A DNA stretch of 64,000 nucleotides from Octopus bimaculoides (taxonomy: Eukaryota), in the NCBI RefSeq assembly GCF_001194135.2, contig NC_068982.1, positions 134,297,153 through 134,361,152 of the forward strand. Direction: 5' to 3'. The position numbers were made by a program, and so were the translations under genes. The first letter of the stretch is position 1; each line of letters begins with the position of its first letter. Below are positions 33,681 through 47,339 of this stretch, one piece after another. A model generated the notes under the pieces. That model was given only the letters and a program-made list of their open reading frames with translations. It did no database searches and had not been told where the DNA came from.

Positions 33681-34205
33681 TTTAATTTAAATTTCTAATA
33701 ACTAAATTTTATGGGGCAGGTGGAGGGCAATATCTTCAGATGGAAAATCTCAAATATTTCTTCTACAAATAATTAAAAATCACTATAGTTGACATGACTA
33801 ACAGTATTCCTTTGACTGGTAAGAGTTGATGTTGGAAGATACCTCTAGCAAGAGGTAACTTCAAAACATTAGAACTTATGATTTTTTTGGCAACAAGACT
33901 ATATTGGATCTGACATTCATTGAAAGTTACTATGTTTAAGATGTGTTCATAACAGCTACAAGGAAAAATTCTTTGTGAAATTTACTCTATCCCTTTGTTT
34001 TGAGTTTAGATTCTACCAAGGTTGATATTTTTTTTTTCTTTCATACTTCCATAGCTGATAAAATAAATACCAACCAAGAATTGGGGGTTAATTTAATTAC
34101 CTGTATCTTTTTTCTCTTAAAAAAAAATGTGTGGCATTGTACCTGTCAAATCTTTATTTTTTAAATAGTTTTAACATTTTTCAAAAATTTTTCTTGTAAT
34201 TCTAG

Positions 34206-34258
34206 AGATAACAGGTTTGGCCACAGCAAATGATGTTCTTTACATGGATGTGAGGCGG
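34206..34258 (+). other. Candidate exon (53 nt) of the plus-strand transcript from ~29.86 kb
   Basis: Long T-rich tract plus TAG acceptor, GTTTGT donor (alternative GTGAGG 9 nt earlier), unique sequence. One open frame, ITGLATANDVLYMDVRR. Confidence 0.4.
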
Positions 34259-35239
34259 GTTTGTATTTATAGTTTGGAGTTATTCACATTTTTTTCTTAA
34301 AATTCTGCTGGAAGCAAATCGAAATCCCAGTAGTATAACTTTGCACAGATGATACGCATTATAATCTTATTCACCGTACAAAAGCAGTGAAAGTGTTTAT
34401 GTAGGTAGGTAGGTAGATAAATATGTAGGTAAGTAACAAACGTGAAAGCAAAACAAACGCAACATAATTTGTTTGGAGTGAAACTGAGTGGAAGACACTG
34501 GGAGTGGTAATGGCTATATATTGCAATTCGTTACAGGATAGTTTCAATAGGGATGGGATGAAACCTAGAAGTTATGACAAATAGAAGCTAGTTCTTTGTT
34601 TTATCTAAACAGTTGGACAACTTTTTGTTGTTGCTGCAGTGCTCATGATTTTATTTTATATTTGTTTTTCTGCATCAGCCTGTTGTTATTAATGAAAGCA
34701 GAACTGCTATTACTACATACCATATCATATCCCTTTCTCTACTGCCAGTCCTTACTCCCTCTCTCCTGAACCACTCTCTATTGACATCTATCTCTCACTC
34801 TTATCATTGGCTACTTCCCCACTCTTATTCACCTTCCATCTTTAATTCCTCTAACCACCTTTGGCCCTCTTTCTATCCATCACTTCCATCCTTTACCACA
34901 CACACACACATTCTTGTAACCATTACCCACCCTTCCTGATTCCTCTGTTACTGAGCTCTCTTTTATTCAGCTTCTTGTGTTTCTTGTCACTATTATCTTT
35001 ATCTCTCTGGCTTTTCTCCTTCTGCCCCCACTCAACCATATACAATGCAGGAGTCAATGCTGCATCAAATAATAATAGTAAGCACAAGTTTGGCTGAAAG
35101 GGAACAGTTAATTATATTAATCCCAGTATTTAACTAGGATTTTCTATCAATTTTTTTTATCAATCCTGGGAAGATGGAAAGCAAAGTTGATTACAGCCAA
35201 ATTTGAACTCAGAATGTAAAGAGCCAGAAAAAAAAAGAA

Positions 35240-35660
35240 AAAAAATCTGCAAAGCATTAACTTGGCTTGTGAAGACCTGTTGGGGCAAGCAAAAGTGAAA
35301 TCATGATGGCACCTGTGCCCAGCATCGCCTTTCTGGCACTTGTGCCCGTGGCACGTGTAAAGACTTTCGAGCAAGGACGTTGCCAGTGCCGCTGGACTGG
35401 CTCTTGTGCAGGTGGCACATAAAATACACCATTTTGAGCATAGCCGTTGCTGCCTGACTGGCCTTCGTGCCGGTGGCACGTAAAAGCACCCACTACACTC
35501 TTGGAGTGGTTGACGTTAGGAAGGGCATCCAGCTGTAGAAACTCTGCCAAATCAGATTGGAGCCTGGTGTAGTCACCTGGTCTACCAGTCCTCAGTCAAA
35601 TCATCCAACCCATGCTAGCATGGAAAGCGGACGTTAAACGATGATGATGATGATGATGAT
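35240..35660 (+). mobile_element. RTE-tail repeat with (GAT)n tail
   Basis: Reverse orientation of the 6459 family. Explains the ORFs at 35147-35550. Confidence 0.9.
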
Positions 35661-35998
35661 GTAGTGATTCTGTCAATAATAACAATAGCATCATAATAAT
35701 AATTTATTTATGCAAATAACATACATAACATTCTAATTTATGCATGTGTGTGTGCATGGACACACACACACATATACATGTATGTGTTGTTTGATACTTG
35801 GAGAAATGTGCTGGAGGTGAAGTTTTTCCATCCAAAGTCAATCGTATCATAGTAGACTTCCAAAGGCATTCCATCCATATCCATCGTACTTTATTTTCAA
35901 ACTATGCGTATACAAGTCTATATTATATAGACTTCTAATAAATGAAAAAATGCATTGTAAATAAACAATGACATAAAAAAATGTATATACATAAGACA

Positions 35999-36131
35999 CA
36001 GAGGGTCCCCAATTCTTCATCAGTTATCAGCCAGAATGGTAACACTTAATTTTGCACTTTCATAAAACTGAGGGGATTCCCATCTGAGTATTACCATTCT
36101 GGTTTATAACTGAAGAATTGGGAACCCTCTG
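35999..36131. mobile_element. Small MITE with ~45-bp TIRs
   Basis: cagagggtccccaattcttc..cagttatcagccagaatggtaacact matches the reverse complement of agtattaccattctggtttataactgaagaattgggaaccctctg. Confidence 0.8.
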
Positions 36132-36769
36132 GGTGTTACATGTATGTTTTTTATTTGTCGTTTATTTACAAGGCATTTTTCATTTATTAGTAATGGTACA
36201 CAGTACATACCAGGCATTTATTAAGTGTTTATATAATCTAGTGTCCCGTCCCATTCTGTCAAAAACAACAATTTCAGAGTGTGATTTAAATGAGATTTGG
36301 CTGCTATTTGCAGGGTGCTATTTCAGATCGAGCTATCACATACAGACCCCACCTTGATGAGGTGTGGTAAATTACAAAGATGTTAGTTGCTAATCACTGT
36401 AATTATAATGACTGAAGCATCAACAGGAAAGGAGTAAACCTGATTTTAGAAATAAGATATTATTGTCATGACATCATTTGCGGAATTGAACGGTGGTGGT
36501 GATGGTGATGCTGGTTAGCACCTGATTAAGCAGACCTATGGTTAGAGGCATTACAGTGATGCTCATCCCTGCCCTCATGGGCACAAACAGACCTATGTTT
36601 AAAGACATTCCAATGACGACCATCCTGTCTTCAAGGGAACGAGCAGACCAGTGATTAAAGATATTCTAGATTTCTAGGAATTACTAAGTTATCTTTTGGG
36701 GCATTGCATATCTAGGACTACTTTATTCAATGTATCCTGTATTTTTTTTTCTAGATGGCAAGATGTAAT

Positions 36770-36941
36770 TATAAGGAAGATTTGGCTGCTATTTCTAGCA
36801 CCTCAATTATATTGAGATTCCCTTGCTATCTTAGGAAGATTTGNNNNNNNNNNTCAATTATATTGAGATTCCCTTGCTATCTTAGGAAGATTTGGCTGCT
36901 ATTTCTAGCACCTCAATTATATCGAGATTCCCTTGCTATCA
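36770..36941. repeat. About 59-bp tandem duplication around a 10-N gap
   Basis: The unit 'ggaagatttggctgctatttctagcacctcaattatattgagattcccttgctatc' is repeated. Confidence 0.8.
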
Positions 36942-37340
36942 TAGGTAATTTTTTTTAATCCTCCAAATGTCTGATAGCAATGTTTCGATCAGTTAAACAA
37001 AGATAAGTAACCCAATAAAATGGTCTCAATAAAAAGGCTGCTTAACTTGGCAAAAATAGCAGCTAACTTACCCTCAGAGATCATACCCTACTATCTTTAA
37101 ATTTTATTCCAAAAAACAAAAATAAGTAGTATGATAGGCCTGCATGATCAAATTGGCCTAGGGTTAAACAAAATAACTCTGGTAATGAGCATTGGCTGGC
37201 TGGGTTATTTAATAACTTAAATCATTTAAGGTTAATGGTGTATTGTAAAGTATTTAAAAATAGAATTTGATTATCTCTTTTTTCCAAACCACTAAGTTGT
37301 GGAGATGTAAACAGACTTGGAATATATATATATATATCTA

Positions 37341-37379
<39 letters not shown>

Positions 37380-37537
37380 GAGACTATTTGATCAACTTGT
37401 CCTTTCAAGGAGTGCCCCAGCATGGCCACAGTCCAATGACTGAAACAGCTGAAAGCATGAAGTAGTATACTCATGCAGGTTTATATAATTAAATTGCACA
37501 TTTACCATTTATGTGAAGACCATTTGTCTTTTAACAG

Positions 37538-37574
37538 GTGTCAACTGATAAAAGAAATATACACCAAGATGAAT
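37538..37574 (+). other. Candidate short exon (37 nt)
   Basis: tttgtcttttaacag acceptor and GTTTGT donor. Confidence 0.3.
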
Positions 37575-37982
37575 GTTTGTGAGAGAGAGAGAGAGAAAGA
37601 GAGAACTGAAATATCAGTCTCCCACTTCCATTTGTTTTTAATATGATTCCATATGTTATCTAGGCCACTGTAATCTTCATCGGGAATGCATCAAGTAGTT
37701 CTATGTTTTTGTAGAAATGAAAGTAAAAAGATAAAGAATACATATAATGTGATTGCATGTGTTTACATACACTGTGTATGTGTGTGTATGCATAGAATAT
37801 GTGTATATTGTAGTTGAATGTTTATGCATCTCTCTTCACACACATGTGTATATATATATATATAGGGTTATAATATATACATATAAATAAATATTCATAT
37901 AGATACACATATAATACACACAAGCACACTTACAGTTTTGCTATAATATTTTTGTTTTATATTATTTTTTTTGTTTCTATAG

Positions 37983-38040
37983 AGATGTGTCATCAGACAT
38001 ATGGGGAACCCACCTAAGCTACACCTATTAAGATGAATAG
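37983..38040 (+). other. Candidate short exon with stops in all three frames
   Basis: ttttttttgtttctatag acceptor, unique higher-complexity sequence, TAG|GTTTGA donor. Confidence 0.3.
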
Positions 38041-41000
38041 GTTTGATACTCCAAACTATTTTTATCTTGTGCTTGAAAACTCTGCCAGCATCTGAGTTCC
38101 TGCTCAGCTAGCATTTTGGTTGGTTCTCTTGAAATAGTTACTGAATTACAAAAGAAACAAAACAAAAGAGAAATTGGCAGATTTTTATGGCGAACTTCTG
38201 TTAATCTTATTACACATGCTGATTTGGTTTATTTATCCACCATATGTGAAAATAATTTCTACTCTTCATTGAGTAGATGCGAATAATAACTAGATGGTGT
38301 TCTGATATTCTTCATTCTCTCATCATTATTTTGTGATGCGAAGATTAGGATATATACTAATTCAAGATTTTATCATATATCAATGCTTTGTTATTGATAA
38401 TGAAGTATTGAGGAAGCAGTTGGTATATTTATTAAATGAGTAATATTAAATATAATTGAGCTTAGAGAAATTAGTCAAACCAGTCAATAGGTACAAGATT
38501 TAAATAAATCATGTCAGTATTGATGCACCATTAACACATTTTTATAGGCGTCATTCAGTACATTATTTTGATTTATCCTTGATATCATTGAGTACATACG
38601 GATATATGTGCATACCTCTTTCTCTCTCTCTGTGTATACCTACTGATATCTATGGATAGGTGTAGAGATGTGTGTGCACATGCATTAGAAAGGGCATCCA
38701 GCCCTAGAAACCATGCCAAAGCTGACACTGAAGCTCGATGCAGCCTTACAGCTCACTGGACCTTCTCAAACTTTCCAACCCATGCCTGTATAGAAGTGGA
38801 CATCAAATGATAAAGAAATGGAAAGACTAGTAGTTTTATCTCCTGAAAATTCTGTCTTATAATAAATGAAAAAGTTCTTAATATTATACCAGAGGCATTT
38901 AAAATGACTGCTGGCCATTAGATAATGGTAAGCATACACTAAGCATGTGGTATAGTGATTAACACTTTGAGCTAATGATCATGAACTTGTGAGTTTGATT
39001 CTCGGACATAGCAGCACATTGTGTCCTTCAGCAGTGCACTTCATTTTCTTTGTATAAGCCAACTCAGACTGGTACAGCATGAAAACTAGTGTTGGCCTAG
39101 TGCTGGTGCAGCCTTTTCTTCTTTCAGCTGTCAAATCCTTGATGTTCCACTGAGAGAGAGTAAAGATGATACTTGTGATTGCATAGCATCCTTAAACAAT
39201 TAGCAAAACCATGGTACATGCTACCAAATGATAATCACTTGTTTGTTTTTTTTTATACGAATGGAGGCATGGCTATAAATACTAAGCACTTACAACAGTT
39301 TCTTTTGAATATAAAAAGTAAATATCCAAGCTGGTAACAGATTGCAAACCTGGACTGAAGTAGGCCAACAATGAGCTGTTGCTGCTTTCAGTGTTGTTGT
39401 CGTTATTGTTTAGTAACCTTCAACCTCTATATTCAGTTAACTGAGGTTGATGTGATCTGTGATGTGGAAGTACTTGATTGAACAATCGTTTAGTTTGTAC
39501 CTTAACCATAGTCCTCTTAGAATTTTTATAGAAAATACAGTCTTAACATGCTGGACTCTGGATATGTGATCCTATTTCAAATAGGAAGTCTATGATGATG
39601 ATTATCTTTTAATACATATATTTTTTAACTAATCTGAAAAACTGCATCTCAGTATGTCATACTTGATCCAGTTTCATCTCCTTTTAAAAAGCCTAACCCT
39701 CTTAGCTTTAGTTTATTCATTACTTCTGTGTCTACTTAGGTTTACTTTATTTCTACTGTGTAAACCATCCATTAACATTTTTTTTCTTATGCCGTCCATT
39801 TATATTGAATGTCCAAATCACTGTAGTTTCTTCTTTACCCCCTTTATTATGAATTTAATAAAAAAAAATATGGTCATTATTAAACTGGTGTATCAGTGAT
39901 TAAGTGGAAACAACATAATTGTAAAGACACTTCAGCATTTTCAAAGATATGGCCACCTCTCTAATGTGGGTGCCTTGATAAAATACATCAAGTACACTCT
40001 GTGAAGTGATTGATTATAGGAATGGCATCAGTCCATATAAACTAAGCCAAAAATGAGTCGTACAAATGAGATATGGTTCCTCCAACCTGTGCAGACAGGC
40101 AGCAGCTTCAAATAATTGACTCTGCTACAAAGATCCATCCAATCCATATCGGACTGGAAAGCAGATGTAAAATAATGATATGAAGAGAGGGATTAAGAGG
40201 GTTGTAAAGATCTACCCATCCCAAGGAGGTCTATTTGTGGAAACACACAATCGATCATAATGATATAATATTGTGTGTCTTTATCATTGAGTAAAGCAGT
40301 TTTTGGATATCTAATTTAAAGAGTAAATGTTTTCTTCCGCTGTTTTATTGGAAAGGTAAAATTGAATTATTTTTGTCAGTTTCCGACAGTAATTAACAGT
40401 GTATTGTAAAGAAATCCAATTACTCTAATGACATCTTAAATGAATATGTATTCTGAGACAACTAGATTTAAGTGTCAGTCTGTTTAATTATTCACTGAGA
40501 CATGAAGGTTAACAACTCTTGTAATTCCTATAATTATACAAGATTGACTTTGTGAATGGAATTAATTTCTGAAAGTTCCTTCTTAGTACAGTTTTGATTT
40601 TTTTAAATTTTTTTTTTTTAAATAGAATGAAGTTTTCTCAATTAATTCTCAATGTATCACTGTATTTGTTTCTATTGGCTAGTGAGTAATGAAAGGCAAT
40701 GCTAATCTTTGTAGAAAATAATAAAACCCTAAGCTACATTATATAAAACAGGCCTGCACATCATATTAGCCCAAGAGCATGTATTGTTTCCCCATGTAGC
40801 ATATTGGGAATTTAGACATAACCTATTTCTAAAAAAAATAACTGATGTGTTCGGATAAGTATTAAGCTGTTTATATGATTAGAGGATGAGACACATATCT
40901 TCCGATTAGTCACAATACATTGATCTCTTCAGTTTCAACATTGATTAGTTGATTTACATAACACTTAATATTTACTTCATATATATGAAAAACCAGTCAT

Positions 41001-41076
41001 ATAAAATACCATAAAGTGTATGAATGAATAAATTTTATGTAAGAATTTATATCTAGATTTACTAAAGAAACTAGAC

Positions 41077-41240
41077 GCAGGAGTGACTGTGTGGTAAGTA
41101 GCTTGCTTACCAACCACATGGTTTCGGGTTCAGTCCCACTATGTGGCACCTTGGGCAAGTGTCTTCTACTATAGCCTCGGGCCGACCAAAGCCTTGTGAG
41201 TGGATTTGGTTGACGGAAACTGAAAGAAGCCCATCATGTA
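41077..41240 (+). mobile_element. SINE family A head (young)
   Basis: gcaggagtgactgtgtggtaagtagcttgcttaccaaccacatgg... Confidence 0.9.
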
Positions 41241-42257
41241 TGTATGTATATATATATATATNNNNNNNNNNNNNNNNNNNNNNNNNNNNNNNNNNNNNNN
41301 NNNNNNNNNNNNNNNNNNNNNNNNNNNNNNNNNNNNNNNNNNNNNNNNNNNNNNNNNNNNNNNNNNNNNNNNNNNNNNNNNNNNNNNNNNNNNNNNNNNN
41401 NNNNNNNNNNNNNNNNNNNNNNNNNNNNNNNNNNNNNNNNNNNNNNNNNNNNNNNNNNNNNNNNNNNNNNNNNNNNNNNNNNNNNNNNNNNNNNNNNNNN
41501 NNNNNNNNNNNNNNNNNNNNNNNNNNNNNNNNNNNNNNNNNNNNNNNNNNNNNNNNNNNNNNNNNNNNNNNNNNNNNNNNNNNNNNNNNNNNNNNNNNNN
41601 NNNNNNNNNNNNNNNNNNNNNNNNNNNNNNNNNNNNNNNNNNNNNNNNNNNNNNNNNNNNNNNNNNNNNNNNNNNNNNNNNNNNNNNNNNNNNNNNNNNN
41701 NNNNNNNNNNNNNNNNNNNNNNNNNNNNNNNNNNNNNNNNNNNNNNNNNNNNNNNNNNNNNNNNNNNNNNNNNNNNNNNNNNNNNNNNNNNNNNNNNNNN
41801 NNNNNNNNNNNNNNNNNNNNNNNNNNNNNNNNNNNNNNNNNNNNNNNNNNNNNNNNNNNNNNNNNNNNNNNNNNNNNNNNNNNNNNNNNNNNNNNNNNNN
41901 NNNNNNNNNNNNNNNNNNNNNNNNNNNNNNNNNNNNNNNNNNNNNNNNNNNNNNNNNNNNNNNNNNNNNNNNNNNNNNNNNNNNNNNNNNNNNNNNNNNN
42001 NNNNNNNNNNNNNNNNNNNNNNNNNNNNNNNNNNNNNNNNNNNNNNNNNNNNNNNNNNNNNNNNNNNNNNNNNNNNNNNNNNNNNNNNNNNNNNNNNNNN
42101 NNNNNNNNNNNNNNNNNNNNNNNNNNNNNNNNNNNNNNNNNNNNNNNNNNNNNNNNNNNNNNNNNNNNNNNNNNNNNNNNNNNNNNNNNNNNNNNNNNNN
42201 NNNNNNNNNNNNNNNNNNNNNNNNNNNNNNNNNNNNNNNNNNNNNNNNNNNNNNNNN

Positions 42258-42552
42258 TCTGAGTGAGAGTCCCTTTGTCGCCAGCAGGGGTAAGAGCTCT
42301 CTAAACTTGGCCCAGGCTATTCTTATTCTAGCAGTTACACTTTCAGTGCACCCACCCCCACTACTAACTTGGTCACCCAGATAGCGGAAGCTATCGACTA
42401 CCTCTAGTTTTTCTCCCTGGAATGAGATAGAAGTTGTTTCCTGTTTGTTTACAGTGTTTATTGCACCTGAACATCTGCCACATACAAAGACTAACTTTGT
42501 AGTTAATCTGCCTTTGATATTGCTGCAACTCTTATGTGTCCATAGCTTGCAC
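42258..42552 (-). mobile_element. RTE-clade LINE ORF fragment (post-RT region), truncated by a gap
   Basis: Open frame VCGRCSG...GEKLEVVDSFRYLGDQVSSGGGCTESVTARIRIAWAKFRELLPLL, typical of RTE ORFs. Confidence 0.9.
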
Positions 42553-44699
42553 CGGGTGTGTGTGTATATGTTTGTGTGTCTGTATTTGTCCCCTAACATC
42601 TCTTGACAACTGCTGTTGGTGTGTTTACGCCCCCATAACTTAGTGGTTTGGCAAAGGAGGCCGATAGAATAAGTACTAGGCTTACAAAAAATAAGTCCTG
42701 AGGTTGATTTGTTCAACTAAAGGTGGTGCTCCAGCATGGCTGCATTCAAATGACTGAACCAAAAAAAAAAAGATACCATGTGAGTTGTGAGCCAGACTTC
42801 CTATGCATCCATGGGTATTTAAGCAATGTGCTTGTGGACAGTTGATGGGTTGGTTGTGATGCTGACGAAAGAGCAATAACTCTTGAAATTTGCATTTACA
42901 CCCATTACTGATGTTTTCTATCTTCAATCACATTGTTTACATAGACGTAATTTGCAGTGCTGGCTCTGTGGGAAATCTATAGGTGTAGTTGTGGTTGTGT
43001 GGTAATAAGTTTGCTTCTCAACTGCTTGGGTCTGGGTTCAGTCCCACTGCGAGACAATTTGGAAAATATCTTCTACTATAGCCTTGGGCTAACCAAAGCC
43101 TTGTGAGTGGATTCGGTAGATGGAAACTGAAAGAAGCCCATTGTGTCCATTTGTCTCCTACCACCACTTGACAACAGATGTTGGTGTGTTTACATCCTTG
43201 AATTTAGCTGTTCAGCAAAAGAGACCAATAGAATAAGTACTAGGCTTGAAAGGAGAAATTCATCAAGGCCCCAGCATGGCCACAGTCTAACAATGGAAAA
43301 AAGTGAAACAAAAGATAAACTTAAAAATAAATTCACTGCTCTGCTAACACAAGATAAGACACAATATTGACTTGTAAACCTTTAATATACTTGGTAGTAT
43401 TTTGTTGTAAAATGAAATACTGTGCCTTTATTAGTGCTATATAGAGTGCAGGCAGGGCCATGTGGTTAAGAAATTTGCTTTGCAACCAGATGGTTTTGAG
43501 TTTGGTTTTACAGCATGGCACCATGAATGTCTTCTGCTATGGCCCTAGGTTGACCTTGAAAAGCGTTTCTTTCAAAGTTTGTTTATGCAGGCCTGCTATG
43601 CAGCATCTAGCCAATCAATATTGTCTCTGCTATGGAAAGAAAGGAAAAAACAAAATGAGAAGAAAAAGCTAGCTAAATGTATTGAAATTTGTAAATGAAT
43701 AAATTCATGAGAAGAATTCTAATATTGTGGTTGCTTTTGCTTTTTTTTTTTTTTTCTAGAGAAATGAGATTTGAGTTAAACTTCTAGAAGAGTTTACTTT
43801 CTACATTAGCTATGAAGTGTATAATGTTTGGTAATGTGTTTGTTTATTCTGTAATTGTGTTTACAATATTCTATAAACACCTGTTTATAAAATTACTTTG
43901 TAATGTCTGACCAGTTATGTAAGTTCAGGAAAGATAAATGGATTATGAATTAATTGAATTAATAATCTGTCAATTCATAATTTGATTCATGGGGTTATTT
44001 CCCTGTTGTAGATATCAGACTGCGGTGAAGCACCTTGTTTGTTATGTTGGACATTAGTAGAATATCCTATTCTGTTAGCACTAAATGGCTGATAAATTAT
44101 CTTGTGGAAATAAAATAGCCAAAATAAAGACTTACAATATTTAATCTGGAAATAAGGAATGGCAAGTAATCTGTAATGTAATGAGTAATGTGGTTAGCCA
44201 ACAAGCAATAGGTATGTGGTTTGATTACCATCAGTGGGTTTATTGCTCTACCCTGTCTCAAATTGCTGTCTATCATACATGAGAGATGAAAATCAAGTGA
44301 ATAATTTTATCTCAGTTGAAATATGTTTTCTATTCATTATTTTCAATATTTTAGTATGGAATAGGTTTTGTTGAAGCAATTAAATTTACATTAAATGTTT
44401 TACTGTTACTAATGACTAAACAACGAGAAAGGAGTGGAACCTGTCACTAAACTATGGAGGCGGCATTTCAGCATCTCAATCTCATAGTTATGTGTGAGTG
44501 TTTGTTTTCTTGTGCATATAAATGTCTTTGTGTGTTTGCTACTTGGGTTATTCAAATAAAATTGCTGGAAGAAAGTGTTTTTTTTCTTTTTTTTTCCTTT
44601 TGTTAATTTCAGACTTAGATTCCTTTGTTAATAACATTATATATGTTTTTTTTTTAATTCATCCTCCCACTACATGATTATTTACTGTCCCTTGGGCTT

Positions 44700-45130
44700 T
44701 AGATAAGGCTCCCTATAATTGTCCTTTATGGTGATGTCACATGAAACAGCTACTGCAAACAAGTGCAGTATATCAATATCTTCCACCTGCACAGCTTGAG
44801 ACAAATCCTGGATATCAAATGAACTGAGTTGCCAACATTGAGGCTCTGGCTTGTGTCCAAATACACAGCCTTCTCATCTTACTTTAAACAATCAGTCTTC
44901 CACTGGCTGGGTCACTTACACTGCATGTCATAAAAGAATATCAAAAGATCTGCCGTATGGTGAACCAGCCTCTGACAAGTGAAGACAATTTCAAAGATGA
45001 CATGAAGTCCTTTACATGAATGTTGAAAGGTGGGAGGATACAAAAGGGATCATTCCCACTGGAAGCTGGAACTGGGCAAGGGTATAAACGGACAAGAGAA
45101 GAGGCTGATGAAAAAAGGCAAAATCAATGG
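44700..45130 (+). mobile_element. Heavily decayed RTE LINE C-terminal fragment
   Basis: Frameshifted remnants FHLHSLRQILDIKW / FHWLGHLHCM..RISKDLPYGE match the RTE C-terminal motif pattern. Confidence 0.65.
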
Positions 45131-46025
45131 ATAAACTTCACCAGGACAAGACTGACAAAATAGTGCCTTCAAATGCAGTGGATTATAAGAGGACCTGTCA
45201 CTTACATGTAAGTTTCTACAATCAAAGCAAGACATTGCAGATTCATGGTTTCATGATACTAACAGGCATCTCCAATATCCTTATGTCTATATTACTTATG
45301 TCTTTATCATTTTTTTCTTAAATGACCAAAAAATTGCCATTAGGAAGGAAATCTAGCCATGAAACACTGCTTCAAAAACTGTCCAAAATGGTAAAGATGA
45401 CTACTTAATTATTTGGCATTGGCAAGAGATGCATGCTATGAAACACTGATTTGGTTACAAAATTAGATACGTGCATCTCTTCAATTTATGCAAACAGTAA
45501 ATAAATACATAAATAAATACATACATACAAAAATAAAGCCGAATAAAGACACTATAAACAACTGCTTAATCTAAAATTGGAATCCTATTTTGTACTTCGT
45601 TCTGGCATCATTTTATAAGTTTGGGCTAATTGCTGTTAAGAACCATCTTATCTTGTTTATTTGATCTCATTGCAATGTTGTTGTTGTTATTGTAGTTGCC
45701 ACTCCTCCAAAAGAAGTTTAGTGTTGCAATTTGATTTGAAGTGGCATAATGGTTTCAACTGGAATTGACTTGAAAGATTTGAAACTTCTACAGAGAAACT
45801 TCTCCATGCGGACTGTTGCCTCCAGCAAATATAGCAGAACAATTTGCATTCCATTCAGAATACGGTTCTACATTGATATCAATGTTCTACTAGAACCATC
45901 TCATTGCAGACACTTGTTGCTTTTATATCTCTCTCTCAAAACTTTTGCACAACAGTGCAATATGTACTTGAGGAATAAGAGATGTTAATCTGGTTTTATT
46001 TATACATTCTGTTTGCTATTTGTAG

Positions 46026-46121
46026 GAGTGTGGGGGGAAGATTATATAACACCTGGAAATGGCAATGTTGTTTTGTGCTCTAAAAAAGAAACAATTACAA
46101 AACCAGTGATATAATATGAAG
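46026..46121 (+). other. Candidate 96-nt phase-1/1 exon with an in-frame TAA near its end
   Basis: ttctgtttgctatttgtag acceptor and GAAG|GTAATA donor. Frame reads VWGEDYITPGNGNVVLCSKKETITKPVI*YE. Confidence 0.35.
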
Positions 46122-46902
46122 GTAATATTTTGCATCTCTAATTTATTTACATTTTTAGCCTAAATGTAATTTCTATTTTAGAGAACATCTGGCCCATTTG
46201 TCAGGCTTCCAGCCAACTGGTGATTAGATTAAGAGTGCTAAATATTTTGTTAGAAAAATTAAGAAATTTACCTACATACAATCCCCACTTTAGAGAACTA
46301 TGTGTAGCCGGTTTATTAGGGTTCTAGCTGACAGTCCAATCACCATTTTCTTTGTCCTTTATCTTTTCACTTTTAGCTTTTCTTCCATTTCTCTTCCATT
46401 TTGCTTCTTATCTCTCTCCTTTCTGTTATCCTTTTTTTCACTCTTTTCTTTCTTCTTCCCTCTTCTATCAAACACATTGTATGTGTTTGTGTGTCACACA
46501 AACACTGGCACAGGCATGGCTGTGTGGTTAAGAAATTTGCTTCCCAGCCACATGGTTTCAGGTTCAGTTCCATTGTGCGACACCTTGGGCAAGTGTCTTC
46601 TTTATAGTCCTGGTCCAACCAAATTCTTGTGAATAGATGTGATGGGCAGAAAAGAAGCCCATCGTATGTGTGTATGTTTATGTCTCCTTGTTTAGACATT
46701 GCATGATAGCTGCAAGTGAATGTTACCATTATACATGCAGTGCCATTCATTTCCAATATTCTGTGTAAATATTTCTGGCCATGGGGAAATATTACGTTGC
46801 TTGGAAACAGATGATGGTTGGCAACAGACATCTGGCCATACTGTTGCCTCAATAAACTCTGTCCAATCCATACATGGGAAAGTGGACATTAAAATTATGA
46901 TG

Positions 46903-46945
<43 letters not shown>

Positions 46946-47339
46946 AAACAAGTAAAAGATAAAAAATATGCAGTCGTTTTACACCTATTTTATATATTGT
47001 CTGAGTCAGACAGGTCATGATGGTCTGGGTCATTTCTTATTCAAAGTGACTTCTTCCTGGATGTATCATTTATACATTCTATTTTTGATATGGCTTCTAT
47101 GGCTAGATACCTTTAACACCAACAACTTTACAGAGTGTACTGAGTACATTTCATCCTGGTACTTGTACGAGAGAGGTTGTCATGTCTTTGCTAATCAATG
47201 ACTCTTATATCTTTCTTATCCTCCTTCTCCAGATTGTCTTTAGGTCTGTCTAGCTTTTACTTTAAAGTCACTAATCATTGGCATATGTTGAATGGTACAT
47301 TCTTCATCAGAGGAAGACTTAACTTTTCCTACTGTCTGT

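Noticed and set aside
36770-36941. Direct repeats that might suggest an array
   Set aside because: Simple tandem duplication across a 10-N gap with no spacers. There is no CRISPR-like array in the window.
33018-37560. Selenoprotein-like reading through TGA codons (...HSK-TGA-CSLHGCEAGVN-TGA-TAA)
   Set aside because: It depends on the SINE-derived exon, resembles no selenoprotein family I know, and I saw no SECIS.
39592-39637. ATGATGA...CTGA pair
   Set aside because: Short low-complexity interior, no terminal stem and no recognisable rRNA guide.
45749-45988. 79-aa ATG-initiated ORF
   Set aside because: No recognisable motif or splice support, and a length compatible with chance.
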